Shown piece after piece: positions 1 through 6,950 of a stretch of 32,661 bases of DNA. Position 1 is the first letter of the stretch. The number at the start of each line of letters is the position of its first letter. The translations under genes and the position numbers were made by a program. The DNA is taken from IMG/VR virus record IMGVR_UViG_3300048593_000385. One strand, written 5' to 3'. This stretch comes from a virus (taxonomy: Duplodnaviria > Heunggongvirae > Uroviricota > Caudoviricetes). The notes beneath the pieces are model-generated. The model was not told the DNA's origin. It did not search any database and saw only the letters and a list, made by a program, of their open reading frames with translations.

Positions 1-186
1 GGCATGCCGCAACGTGTCGCCGTAGTATTTCGAGAGAGGCTTAAATTTATCAGTTTCTTCCAGGAACAGATTCCCGAACTGATCTTCCTTGATGATGTAA
101 TTGCCTGCAGGAAGAGTCTCATGCAGATCAAGAGCAGCCTCATCCGAGACGCGATACGTGTTACCAGAACGAAGAAAATAAGTCAT
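1..186 (-). CDS. N-terminal part of a probable AAA-family ATPase (runs off the window edge)
   Basis: Manual translation from ATG at 186 (TAATG overlap with the upstream stop): MTYFLRSGNTYRVSDEAALDLHETLPAGNYIIKEDQFGNLFLEE..., open to position 1. It resembles N-termini of phage AAA ATPases as I recall them; no Walker motifs lie inside the window. Confidence 0.55.
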   Translation of the reverse strand, partial: MTYFLRSGNTYRVSDEAALDLHETLPAGNYIIKEDQFGNLFLEETDKFKPLSKYYGDTLRHA

Positions 187-605
187 TACGCAACCTTCCA
201 ATCATAATTATCTTGAGTCATTACAGACTCGCTTCCATCATACTCATCAATACGATATAGTGTGCCAGCACGAAGTTCAAAAATACGCAACTTAGCATGC
301 TTACCATTAGCCTTGTCACCAAGTTCCTCTACGACCTGAGCCAAAACAGGATCAGCACGGTCGATATCACGGTCACTAAAATACATAGCGTTTGATCGAG
401 CGTAACGATCTGGACCCACAGGCGCAGCACTTTCTTCAGCATTAATCTGCTCCCATTCTTCAGGAGAACAGAGATAGTAGTTGGTAAATCCAAACTTACT
501 AGTAGAGGAATGCAGAGTGATGCCCTTAATTTCAGCATAGCGCAAAATCGCTTCATCCGAAAGGCTGAAACCACCATAGCAAGCATTATATACAATCTTA
601 GCCAT
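186..605 (-). CDS. conserved phage hypothetical protein (KIVYNACYGGFSLS ... YRIDEYDGSE)
   Basis: ORF 186..611; the RBS TAAGGATATTTGATT favours the ATG at 605 (MAKIV). Confidence 0.75.
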   Translation of the reverse strand: MAKIVYNACYGGFSLSDEAILRYAEIKGITLHSSTSKFGFTNYYLCSPEEWEQINAEESAAPVGPDRYARSNAMYFSDRDIDRADPVLAQVVEELGDKANGKHAKLRIFELRAGTLYRIDEYDGSESVMTQDNYDWKVA

Positions 606-617
606 AATCAAATATCC

Positions 618-812
618 TTATTCACCAAGTTCAACAAAGGTGAAACCTTCTGGCATATTCCAATCATCAGGAAATTCACCATCTTCTACAATACGAACAT
701 TGGCATAACCGATACCAACAATTCGATCCATATCTGTATAATGCAACACTTCAATATCACCATGCTCTGCGCGGATAGCTTCAAGATTAGCAATTAGTTC
801 ATTAATGGTCAT
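618..812 (-). CDS. small hypothetical protein
   Basis: ORF 618..818; an identical RBS (TAAGGATATTTGATT) precedes ATG 812 (MTINELIANLE). Confidence 0.7.
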   Translation of the reverse strand: MTINELIANLEAIRAEHGDIEVLHYTDMDRIVGIGYANVRIVEDGEFPDDWNMPEGFTFVELGE

Positions 813-824
813 AATCAAATATCC

Positions 825-1154
825 TTAGATAGCAGTGAAGCCAAAAGAGGCACAGCGATAGAGAGTACCATCGTGGTCTGCAACAATGTCGCCAACCGAC
901 ATTGAAGAGCAACGACCGAGACGTTTGACACGAACGGTGTCGAGGTCGGCTTCCCAGAGGTTCATTGCACGGAAGGCTTGCTCGAAGCCATCGACATCGA
1001 CGTCAGCAACGTGGGTGTAATATTGGAAATTCTCAGCTTTGAAGGTGCTTTCGAAGCTGCGATCAAAGTAAGCCTTGATTTTGGGGCTGGTTTCATCGCG
1101 GTTAGCAGCGGCGATTTCGGCGTCGGTCAGCTGGATTTGGTAAACCTTGATCAT
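825..1154 (-). CDS. hypothetical protein, YodL-like C-terminal motif (SMSVGDIV)
   Basis: 109-aa ORF directly downstream of a sigma70 promoter, with an AAGGA RBS. Confidence 0.7.
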   Translation of the reverse strand: MIKVYQIQLTDAEIAAANRDETSPKIKAYFDRSFESTFKAENFQYYTHVADVDVDGFEQAFRAMNLWEADLDTVRVKRLGRCSSMSVGDIVADHDGTLYRCASFGFTAI

Positions 1155-1161
1155 TTCAAAT

Positions 1162-1217
1162 TTCCTTTTTCATTTCCTATTATTCACTCTAACCTATTTT
1201 TAAAAATAAAGCAAGAA
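1162..1217 (-). repeat. 56-bp promoter+RBS cassette, copy 1 (-35 TTGCTT 1209-1214, 17-bp spacer, -10 TAGAGT 1186-1191)
   Basis: 55/56 identical to 4213-4268; sigma70 spacing of 17 bp; ends in an AAAAAGGAA RBS. Confidence 0.85.
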
Positions 1218-1237
1218 TTATTTTCAGAAAAAAGAAA

Positions 1238-1456
1238 TTATTTTTCGGTCGCCTTACGGCTGAGTATGACTGCTCGTTCTAGAGCCTCTTCTCCATAATC
1301 ATGGGCATATGGGGTGAATATGTTTTTTGCACCATCAAACAGAACTGTTGCCAGCAAAAGGAGATCGGCATGGTCATCACACATACCGATCTCTGCTTCG
1401 ATACTTTGTCTTATTCTGCGCTTGATTTCTTTTTGGTTTTGAGTCAGGCTAATCAA
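1238..1456 (-). CDS. hypothetical protein (TTG start)
   Basis: 72-aa ORF with GGAGG just upstream of the TTG. Confidence 0.6.
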   Translation of the reverse strand: MISLTQNQKEIKRRIRQSIEAEIGMCDDHADLLLLATVLFDGAKNIFTPYAHDYGEEALERAVILSRKATEK

Positions 1457-1497
1457 TGATGCCTCCTATAAGGTTGGCCGAAATGGCTCATTACAAT

Positions 1498-1653
1498 TTA
1501 GGATTTCTCGGAATCTTGAAGTTCTTGTTTGCGCTCAAGATCTAGAACCCAACCCTTCACAGGGTCATAGAAACTGACATTCCTACTGTATTCTTCATTG
1601 CTTGCAACACGATTAAACTCAGAATATTCTTTAAATGTCAAAATCTTTTTCAT
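1498..1653 (-). CDS. 51-aa protein absent from the ORF track; N-terminus MKKILTFKEY resembles a T4 internal-protein capsid-targeting sequence
   Basis: Manual translation MKKILTFKEYSEFNRVASNEEYSRNVSFYDPVKGWVLDLERKQELQDSEKS*; AAGGA RBS; fills an intergenic gap. Confidence 0.55.
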   Translation of the reverse strand: MKKILTFKEYSEFNRVASNEEYSRNVSFYDPVKGWVLDLERKQELQDSEKS

Positions 1654-1663
1654 TACGAATCCT

Positions 1664-1822
1664 TTATACTTCATCCCAATTTATTTCGTCAAGCTTACTC
1701 AATTGTGTTTTGACGTAGTGGTATGCCGCAAAAGCAGCAACTCCTGTCACGCCAAACACAGCTAAGAAGGCTACTTTCTTAGCGGAATTTAAATTTAACT
1801 TTTGCTTCGATATTTTCCACAT
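1664..1822 (-). CDS. 52-aa single-pass membrane protein absent from the ORF track
   Basis: MWKISKQKLNLNSAKKVAFLAVFGVTGVAAFAAYHYVKTQLSKLDEINWDEV*; basic N-terminus plus a hydrophobic helix; overlaps the 3' end of the nuclease gene; start uncertain. Confidence 0.45.
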   Translation of the reverse strand: MWKISKQKLNLNSAKKVAFLAVFGVTGVAAFAAYHYVKTQLSKLDEINWDEV

Positions 1823-2423
1823 TTGTCGTAGTCACCTTTCCTCCCTTAACGTTGTCAGCAATATATGCAATCATCGTGCCATCCTGAAGGTATACAATCT
1901 TATAGAGTTGGGTAGGAACAGGAACCTTGCGAATTCCAATGACCTTATTGTAATTTTCGTAGATAGCACCAGTGACAACATATTTGAATTTCATATCGCG
2001 AACAGCAACCTCAAGCAGACGCCAAGGTGTGCGGTTGACAGTTGGCTCCTGTGGAGTCATGTTCGTCATGAAGAAGGTGTCAGACATTTGCTGGTCGTCA
2101 TTCGAGTTAGCAGCAGGAACCATGTGGCCACGGTCATATCCAGTGTTTGTATAATCATCTGGAGTAGTAGGATCAGGGTCACGCTTGTCTGGGCGGAAGT
2201 CGTTCTTACGAACTGGCTTCCCAGTGCGAGGAGTTGCGATCTCAGTCGAGAACACATTGGCTTCTCGAGCAGGATCGTATACTACAGCATAGAATGAGTT
2301 ACAAAGAACATTTGTTCCAGGAACTACGATTTCTTTGCCATTAGGGAAGAACTGATCGCATGGTGATGCGAATGCAGCGGTAGGGAACAGCATAAATGCT
2401 GCTGCTAAGAATGCTTTTTTCAT
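1779..2423 (-). CDS. DNA/RNA non-specific endonuclease (NucA/EndoG, beta-beta-alpha-Me) with a Sec signal peptide
   Basis: GYDRGHMVPA catalytic motif, TFFMTNMTPQ...VNR..WRLLE, VTG, VPVP..LYK; N-terminal MKKAFLAAAFMLFPTAAFA|S signal peptide. Confidence 0.9.
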   Translation of the reverse strand: MKKAFLAAAFMLFPTAAFASPCDQFFPNGKEIVVPGTNVLCNSFYAVVYDPAREANVFSTEIATPRTGKPVRKNDFRPDKRDPDPTTPDDYTNTGYDRGHMVPAANSNDDQQMSDTFFMTNMTPQEPTVNRTPWRLLEVAVRDMKFKYVVTGAIYENYNKVIGIRKVPVPTQLYKIVYLQDGTMIAYIADNVKGGKVTTTNVENIEAKVKFKFR

Positions 2424-2454
2424 TATTGTTTCCTCGAGGTAGTTTACTCTGCAG

Positions 2455-2462
2455 TATTTAGG
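2455..2462 (-). promoter_or_regulatory. candidate gp55-type late promoter (CCTAAATA) upstream of the nuclease
   Basis: TAAATA core about 30 nt upstream of the start; the same 8-mer occurs at 3902-3909. Confidence 0.45.
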
Positions 2463-2465
2463 ATA

Positions 2466-2870
2466 CTAACCTCGACGCATTCTGGAGATTTCTTCTGCCT
2501 GTTCCTGATTGATTACTGGAACAGCATTGCTTTTGTGCATCGTAGCGATGCCTTTGATGAGAGAACCTGTATAGGTGTTTTCTTTACGAGCAAAGGTGAC
2601 ACCGATACCAGACTGAGAAGGATACTTCTCGCGATGGTCCGAAACATATCGCTCGGGCATGGCGACGCCACGAAGTTGTGGCTTATAGTTGCCCTGACGA
2701 TATGCGATGTATTCGTCCATGGTCTTAGCTTTGATGCCGAGACGTTTACAATCTTTCTTGTGCGCAATCCAATCCATACAATACTGGCTGTATTTACCGC
2801 TGGTGAGTTTGGCTTTGCGCTTGCGAGTGTTCGTGGTCGTGTACGCATGAGACATCAGGTGCATCGTCAT
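2466..2870 (-). CDS. conserved T4-like phage hypothetical protein (YTG..IKGIATMHKSNAVPV)
   Basis: 134-aa basic ORF behind its own sigma70 promoter, with a GGAG RBS. Confidence 0.75.
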   Translation of the reverse strand: MTMHLMSHAYTTTNTRKRKAKLTSGKYSQYCMDWIAHKKDCKRLGIKAKTMDEYIAYRQGNYKPQLRGVAMPERYVSDHREKYPSQSGIGVTFARKENTYTGSLIKGIATMHKSNAVPVINQEQAEEISRMRRG

Positions 2871-2890
2871 AATTTATCTCCTTATTATTC

Positions 2891-2919
2891 ACTCTAACGC
2901 GAATAGGAAAAAAAGTCAA
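2891..2919 (-). promoter_or_regulatory. sigma70-type early promoter (TTGACT-17-TAGAGT)
   Basis: Shares the TAGAGTGAATAATA block with the 56-bp repeats. Confidence 0.75.
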
Positions 2920-3545
2920 ACACTTTTACGGTTAACTGTAACTTTTCCTGTGATAGGATTATGCTGCACATGGTGAGCATGAAACACCACATCAGGATGA
3001 TGCTGTTTGAGAGCAAGGAGATGGTCAAGATTTTCCGTAGAGTCATCATAGAGATGGACTTCTTTGTATCCATTCTCCTTGACCAGATTGGATATCATCT
3101 GTGCTTTATTGACAGCAGCAGAACCACGAGGATTTAGATTACCAGAACGACGAACATGGATCTGGCCAATGTCAACGCCGAACTTCTTCAGGTGATCACC
3201 AAACTTTTTCTTGTCATCCAGATCAGAACGAGCAGTAACAATTTCAACCTTACCACCATTGCGATGGATTGCCTTCATCTTGGCTAGCATCGGACGGATA
3301 GGATAGGCTGATCTTTTGAACACGCTGGCCGACTTAAAGTCAGCAAAATCATATTCGTGATTAGGATGCAGTTTATGCGTATTAAACTGGGTATTTGACA
3401 GGGACATAACCCTGCGACCAGACTTCTTGTCTTTCACATGAACACGAAGCTTGTCATGGTCATGACCAAAGATCGTCTCATCCATGTCGAACGCATGGTA
3501 AGTGTTCGAGCTTTCTTGGAGATATTCTGAAAAAGTTTTGATCAT
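2916..3545 (-). CDS. HAD-superfamily phosphatase with a capsid-targeting-like N-terminus (MIKTFSEYLQE)
   Basis: HAD motifs FDMDET (I), VTAR (II), K (III), LYDDS (IV); start 3545 supported by an AAGGA RBS; TATAAATG at 3569-3576. Confidence 0.75.
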   Translation of the reverse strand: MIKTFSEYLQESSNTYHAFDMDETIFGHDHDKLRVHVKDKKSGRRVMSLSNTQFNTHKLHPNHEYDFADFKSASVFKRSAYPIRPMLAKMKAIHRNGGKVEIVTARSDLDDKKKFGDHLKKFGVDIGQIHVRRSGNLNPRGSAAVNKAQMISNLVKENGYKEVHLYDDSTENLDHLLALKQHHPDVVFHAHHVQHNPITGKVTVNRKSV

Positions 3546-3552
3546 ATATTCC

Positions 3553-3882
3553 TTAGCGATAACAATCGCATTTATAGTCATAGACATAAGTGCGAGGAGC
3601 AGGTTGACGGTATACTTCGTCTTGGTTGGTAGGACGAGGATCCTGATTCTGACGAGTAGAACTTACAACAGTAGCACCGACGATTAGTCCAACAAGAGCA
3701 GGAACGACCCAACGATTGCCTTGACGTTCGCGACGTTCATGGCGAGGACGACGGTCGTATCCGCGATGATCTCCACGATCGTAGTTGTGGTAAACATTCC
3801 GACCTTGATAGTCATATGGTCCAGCCACTGCGGCAGTCGGCAGAACAAGAGAAGCAATCAATGCACAAGCTATAATTTTCAT
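3553..3882 (-). CDS. exported/membrane protein with signal peptide, Arg/His/Tyr-rich segment and a second hydrophobic stretch
   Basis: MKIIACALIASLVLPTAAVA|G; WVVPALVGLIVGATVV; CCTAAATA at 3902-3909; GGAG RBS. Confidence 0.7.
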   Translation of the reverse strand: MKIIACALIASLVLPTAAVAGPYDYQGRNVYHNYDRGDHRGYDRRPRHERRERQGNRWVVPALVGLIVGATVVSSTRQNQDPRPTNQDEVYRQPAPRTYVYDYKCDCYR

Positions 3883-3909
3883 AACACGTCTCCTTTTTTT
3901 ATATTTAGG

Positions 3910-4206
3910 TTAGATGACTTTACCATCGAGGATGAAGCAAGAACGACCACGCTCGTCACGGTCAAACACCAGAATGTTATCATTCATGAGGATTTGAAGA
4001 GGAGCCTCACCTTGGGCGTTGTAGGCACCGCCGAGACGAGCGAAGTAGGACTCAACCGAATAATGCTTGATCAAGGTCTTGACGAACTTAGCTTTGGTAA
4101 CTGGACCACGGTGCTTGAAACGAGCAACGAACTTGCGTTCGCCACCAGTGTTATAGTGAAGGTAACCACCGTGGTATTCGAAGTTAGCAGATTCAAACTT
4201 GGTCAT
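3910..4206 (-). CDS. hypothetical early protein (KFVARFKH)
   Basis: ORF 3910..4224; the RBS in the promoter cassette favours ATG 4206 (MTKFESANF). Confidence 0.7.
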   Translation of the reverse strand: MTKFESANFEYHGGYLHYNTGGERKFVARFKHRGPVTKAKFVKTLIKHYSVESYFARLGGAYNAQGEAPLQILMNDNILVFDRDERGRSCFILDGKVI

Positions 4207-4212
4207 AATCAA

Positions 4213-4268
4213 TTCCTTTTTCATTTCCTATTATTCACTCTAACCTAATTTTAAAAATAAAGCAAGAA
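4213..4268 (-). repeat. 56-bp promoter+RBS cassette, copy 2
   Basis: 55/56 identical to 1162-1217. Confidence 0.85.
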
Positions 4269-4292
4269 GTTTTTTTCGGAAACAGAAAAAAA

Positions 4293-5672
4293 TTACTCCA
4301 GCTTGAGTTTACTGAAGTCCCGTTTCGCCGTTTCTGGCTTAGGAGTCTGCCCCTTCTGGAAACCAGACTCGTGGACGTTTTCCTGCTGCGAGTTGTCTAG
4401 ATCATGCAGCTTCATCTTTGACCTCTCAATCCCAACCACAAACCTGCGATGTGCGCTCAGGTCATTATACCGATTCTTGAGTTGCTTAATCATAATCTGC
4501 TTGCTGTCTTCAAGTTCCTCGGTGCTGATCAAAGCAAGGATAAGATCGGCAGTATGGGTGATGCCCATAGACTCGGAGGTGTTGGTCAGGTCAACGTCAC
4601 TGTTGCCGTAGCCATCACGATTGTATTGAGTTGCCGAAACGATAGGAACATTAAACTCAACAGCCAAGGCACGTAGTTCCTCAGCAATTGCCTTGATATA
4701 TCCATAGCTGTTCATCGATCCGCCCAGCTTGACACGAGCAGACGAACAGATGTTGAGATAGTCGATATACACAACATCAGGCTCAAAGTTCTTCTTCAGC
4801 TTCAACTCGTTCATGAGATGGCGGAAGTGACCAGAACCTGCAGATGAAGTAGGATATTCTTTGATGATCAGCTTGCCCATCACCTTGGTATTCATCTTCT
4901 CAATCTTCTTGATATAAGTTTCTTTCGGAAGCAAATCAAGATCGTCCATCGAGATGTTCAACAGATTGCAGTCAACACGCTTGGCTGTTTCTTCTTCCGA
5001 CATTTCCATGGTGATATACAGAACGTTCTTGCCTTGGGCAATATTCGCAGCTGCAAAGTGACACATGAACAGAGACTTACCGATACCAGTCGCAGCCATC
5101 AGGATGTTGAAAGTCTTGCGCTTCAGACCACCCTTGGTAATGGTGTTCATCAGCTCAAGATCGAAAGGCAGCTTCGACTCTGTACGGTGGTAGTATTCAT
5201 AACGATCGGCAGCATTTTCGATGAAGTCATGGCCGATATCCGTATCGAACGAAACTGATAATGCAGTCGACAACAGTTCTGGGATTGCTCCTCGACCGAT
5301 GTCTTTCTTCTTGTTGTCGATAATCTGAATTGAATCCATAATCGCATTATAGATTGCTCGATCCTGACAATGCTTTTCGGTTTCCTCAAGAAGCCAAGCA
5401 CTGTTCTCAGACTTGAGATTTTCTAGAGTCTCGACACGATCAGTCAGAGCCTTGTATTGGTCTTCGGTAAGACCCTTTAACTTTTCAATCGAAACTCCAA
5501 GAACTTCCTTAGTCGGCAACTTGTTGTAAGTCTCGACAAATGCATTGATAATCTTATAGAGCTGTTTCTCCGTGTCAGAAGTGAAGTAGTCGAGCTGCAA
5601 GAAGGGCAGAGCCTTTCGGCTATACTCTTCATTGCAGATCAGGTTGTTTACGATTGTTTCTTCAAGTTTCAT
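4293..5672 (-). CDS. 41: replicative DnaB-like helicase (T4 gp41)
   Basis: Walker A ATGIGKS, YITMEM, YIDYLNI, SATQ, KQLKNRY; position downstream of uvsX. Confidence 0.95.
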   Translation of the reverse strand: MKLEETIVNNLICNEEYSRKALPFLQLDYFTSDTEKQLYKIINAFVETYNKLPTKEVLGVSIEKLKGLTEDQYKALTDRVETLENLKSENSAWLLEETEKHCQDRAIYNAIMDSIQIIDNKKKDIGRGAIPELLSTALSVSFDTDIGHDFIENAADRYEYYHRTESKLPFDLELMNTITKGGLKRKTFNILMAATGIGKSLFMCHFAAANIAQGKNVLYITMEMSEEETAKRVDCNLLNISMDDLDLLPKETYIKKIEKMNTKVMGKLIIKEYPTSSAGSGHFRHLMNELKLKKNFEPDVVYIDYLNICSSARVKLGGSMNSYGYIKAIAEELRALAVEFNVPIVSATQYNRDGYGNSDVDLTNTSESMGITHTADLILALISTEELEDSKQIMIKQLKNRYNDLSAHRRFVVGIERSKMKLHDLDNSQQENVHESGFQKGQTPKPETAKRDFSKLKLE

Positions 5673-6751
5673 TCATCATCCATTGTTTCGAGTTCTTCAT
5701 CCAGATCAACATGAACCTGATCTTCGCTCATCATTGCGCCAGAGCCAATACAATACTTGTCTTCAATATACTTCTTGAAAGACTTAGACGACAGGATCGG
5801 GAGCCAGAAGTCAGCAGTGTACGTATCTTTCTCGCGATAGTTCTTGTCGAAGATCTCGCCAGTTTCCATATCAACCTTCTGATACCAGCCAATCTTCGGC
5901 TTGATCACGTGACCAGACGCAAGAGCCATGTCAAGCAGACCCGACCACTTGCTGATGCCATCTTCCCATGTTACTTCAACAGGAATCTTTGACTTTTCTT
6001 TGACGAAACGAGACTTCTCGACATTGATGATGAAGTTATAACCAACGATCTCAGTGCCAGTCTTTTCTTGCTGACGACCGATGATGAAGATATTATCAGC
6101 AGAGTAGTAGATACCTGTGCCGCCCGAGACGATTGCCTTCGGGAACATACCCTGTTCCATGTAGATGTGGTTGACAACAATCATCGGGATATCCTTCAGA
6201 TTGAGATGCGGAGTAACCATACGGAACAGAGACTTGAGCTGCTTGGCACGAGTCATATCAGCAACCGACTTCTCGTTCAGAGCATCTTCTACTTCCTTCT
6301 TAGAAGCCAAGTTGCCGACCGAGTCAATCACGATGATCACACGATCGCCACGAGCAATGGTATTGATCTGAGACATAATGTCAAACTTCAATTGTTCAAT
6401 GTCAGTGATAGGAGTATGCAGAACACGATCCGTATCAATCTTGAATGATTCGAAATATGCTTGAGGAGTGCCGAACTCCGAGTCATAGAACATCATCACA
6501 GCATCAGGATACTTGTCCATATATGCCTTGGCCATCATAAGACTAAATGAAGTCTTGAAGTGCTTAGATGGACCAGCCCAAATTGTCAGACCTGGAGTCA
6601 GGCCACCGTCAATCTTACCCGACAGAGCAATATTGATAGCAGGAACACTGGTAGGAATCATGTCCTTCTTGTTGAAGAACTTGGATCCGGAAAGGATATC
6701 GCTATCCTTGATGGTGGAATTCTTTTTTAGTTTTGAGAGTAATTCAGACAT
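5669..6751 (-). CDS. uvsX: RecA-like recombinase UvsX
   Basis: GPSKHFKT, YDSEFG, IDSVGNLASKKE, SGGTGIYYSAD, EKSRFVKEKSKIP. Confidence 0.96.
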   Translation of the reverse strand: MSELLSKLKKNSTIKDSDILSGSKFFNKKDMIPTSVPAINIALSGKIDGGLTPGLTIWAGPSKHFKTSFSLMMAKAYMDKYPDAVMMFYDSEFGTPQAYFESFKIDTDRVLHTPITDIEQLKFDIMSQINTIARGDRVIIVIDSVGNLASKKEVEDALNEKSVADMTRAKQLKSLFRMVTPHLNLKDIPMIVVNHIYMEQGMFPKAIVSGGTGIYYSADNIFIIGRQQEKTGTEIVGYNFIINVEKSRFVKEKSKIPVEVTWEDGISKWSGLLDMALASGHVIKPKIGWYQKVDMETGEIFDKNYREKDTYTADFWLPILSSKSFKKYIEDKYCIGSGAMMSEDQVHVDLDEELETMDDE

Positions 6752-6939
6752 TAATCAACCTTTGGCATTGAGAGGATAGTTTCGATTAGCTCCAAAACTT
6801 CAGTTGGAGTGTTGGCCACAGTTCTAGAAACTGCCCAGTCATCTGCAGCATCACGACCATTAACTTCAACCATGAAGCCATTGTCATACATATTCACAGT
6901 AAAGGACATATCTACTTTGGCAAGATTATCAATTTTCAT
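6751..6939 (-). CDS. small hypothetical protein
   Basis: 62-aa ORF with a GGAG RBS, TAATG-coupled to uvsX. Confidence 0.7.
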   Translation of the reverse strand: MKIDNLAKVDMSFTVNMYDNGFMVEVNGRDAADDWAVSRTVANTPTEVLELIETILSMPKVD

Positions 6940-6950
6940 ATATTATTCTC

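Noticed and set aside
1162-4268. Direct repeats as CRISPR repeats, att sites or IS ends
   Set aside because: Only two full copies 3 kb apart, no spacers, integrase or transposase; their content is explained as promoter plus RBS.
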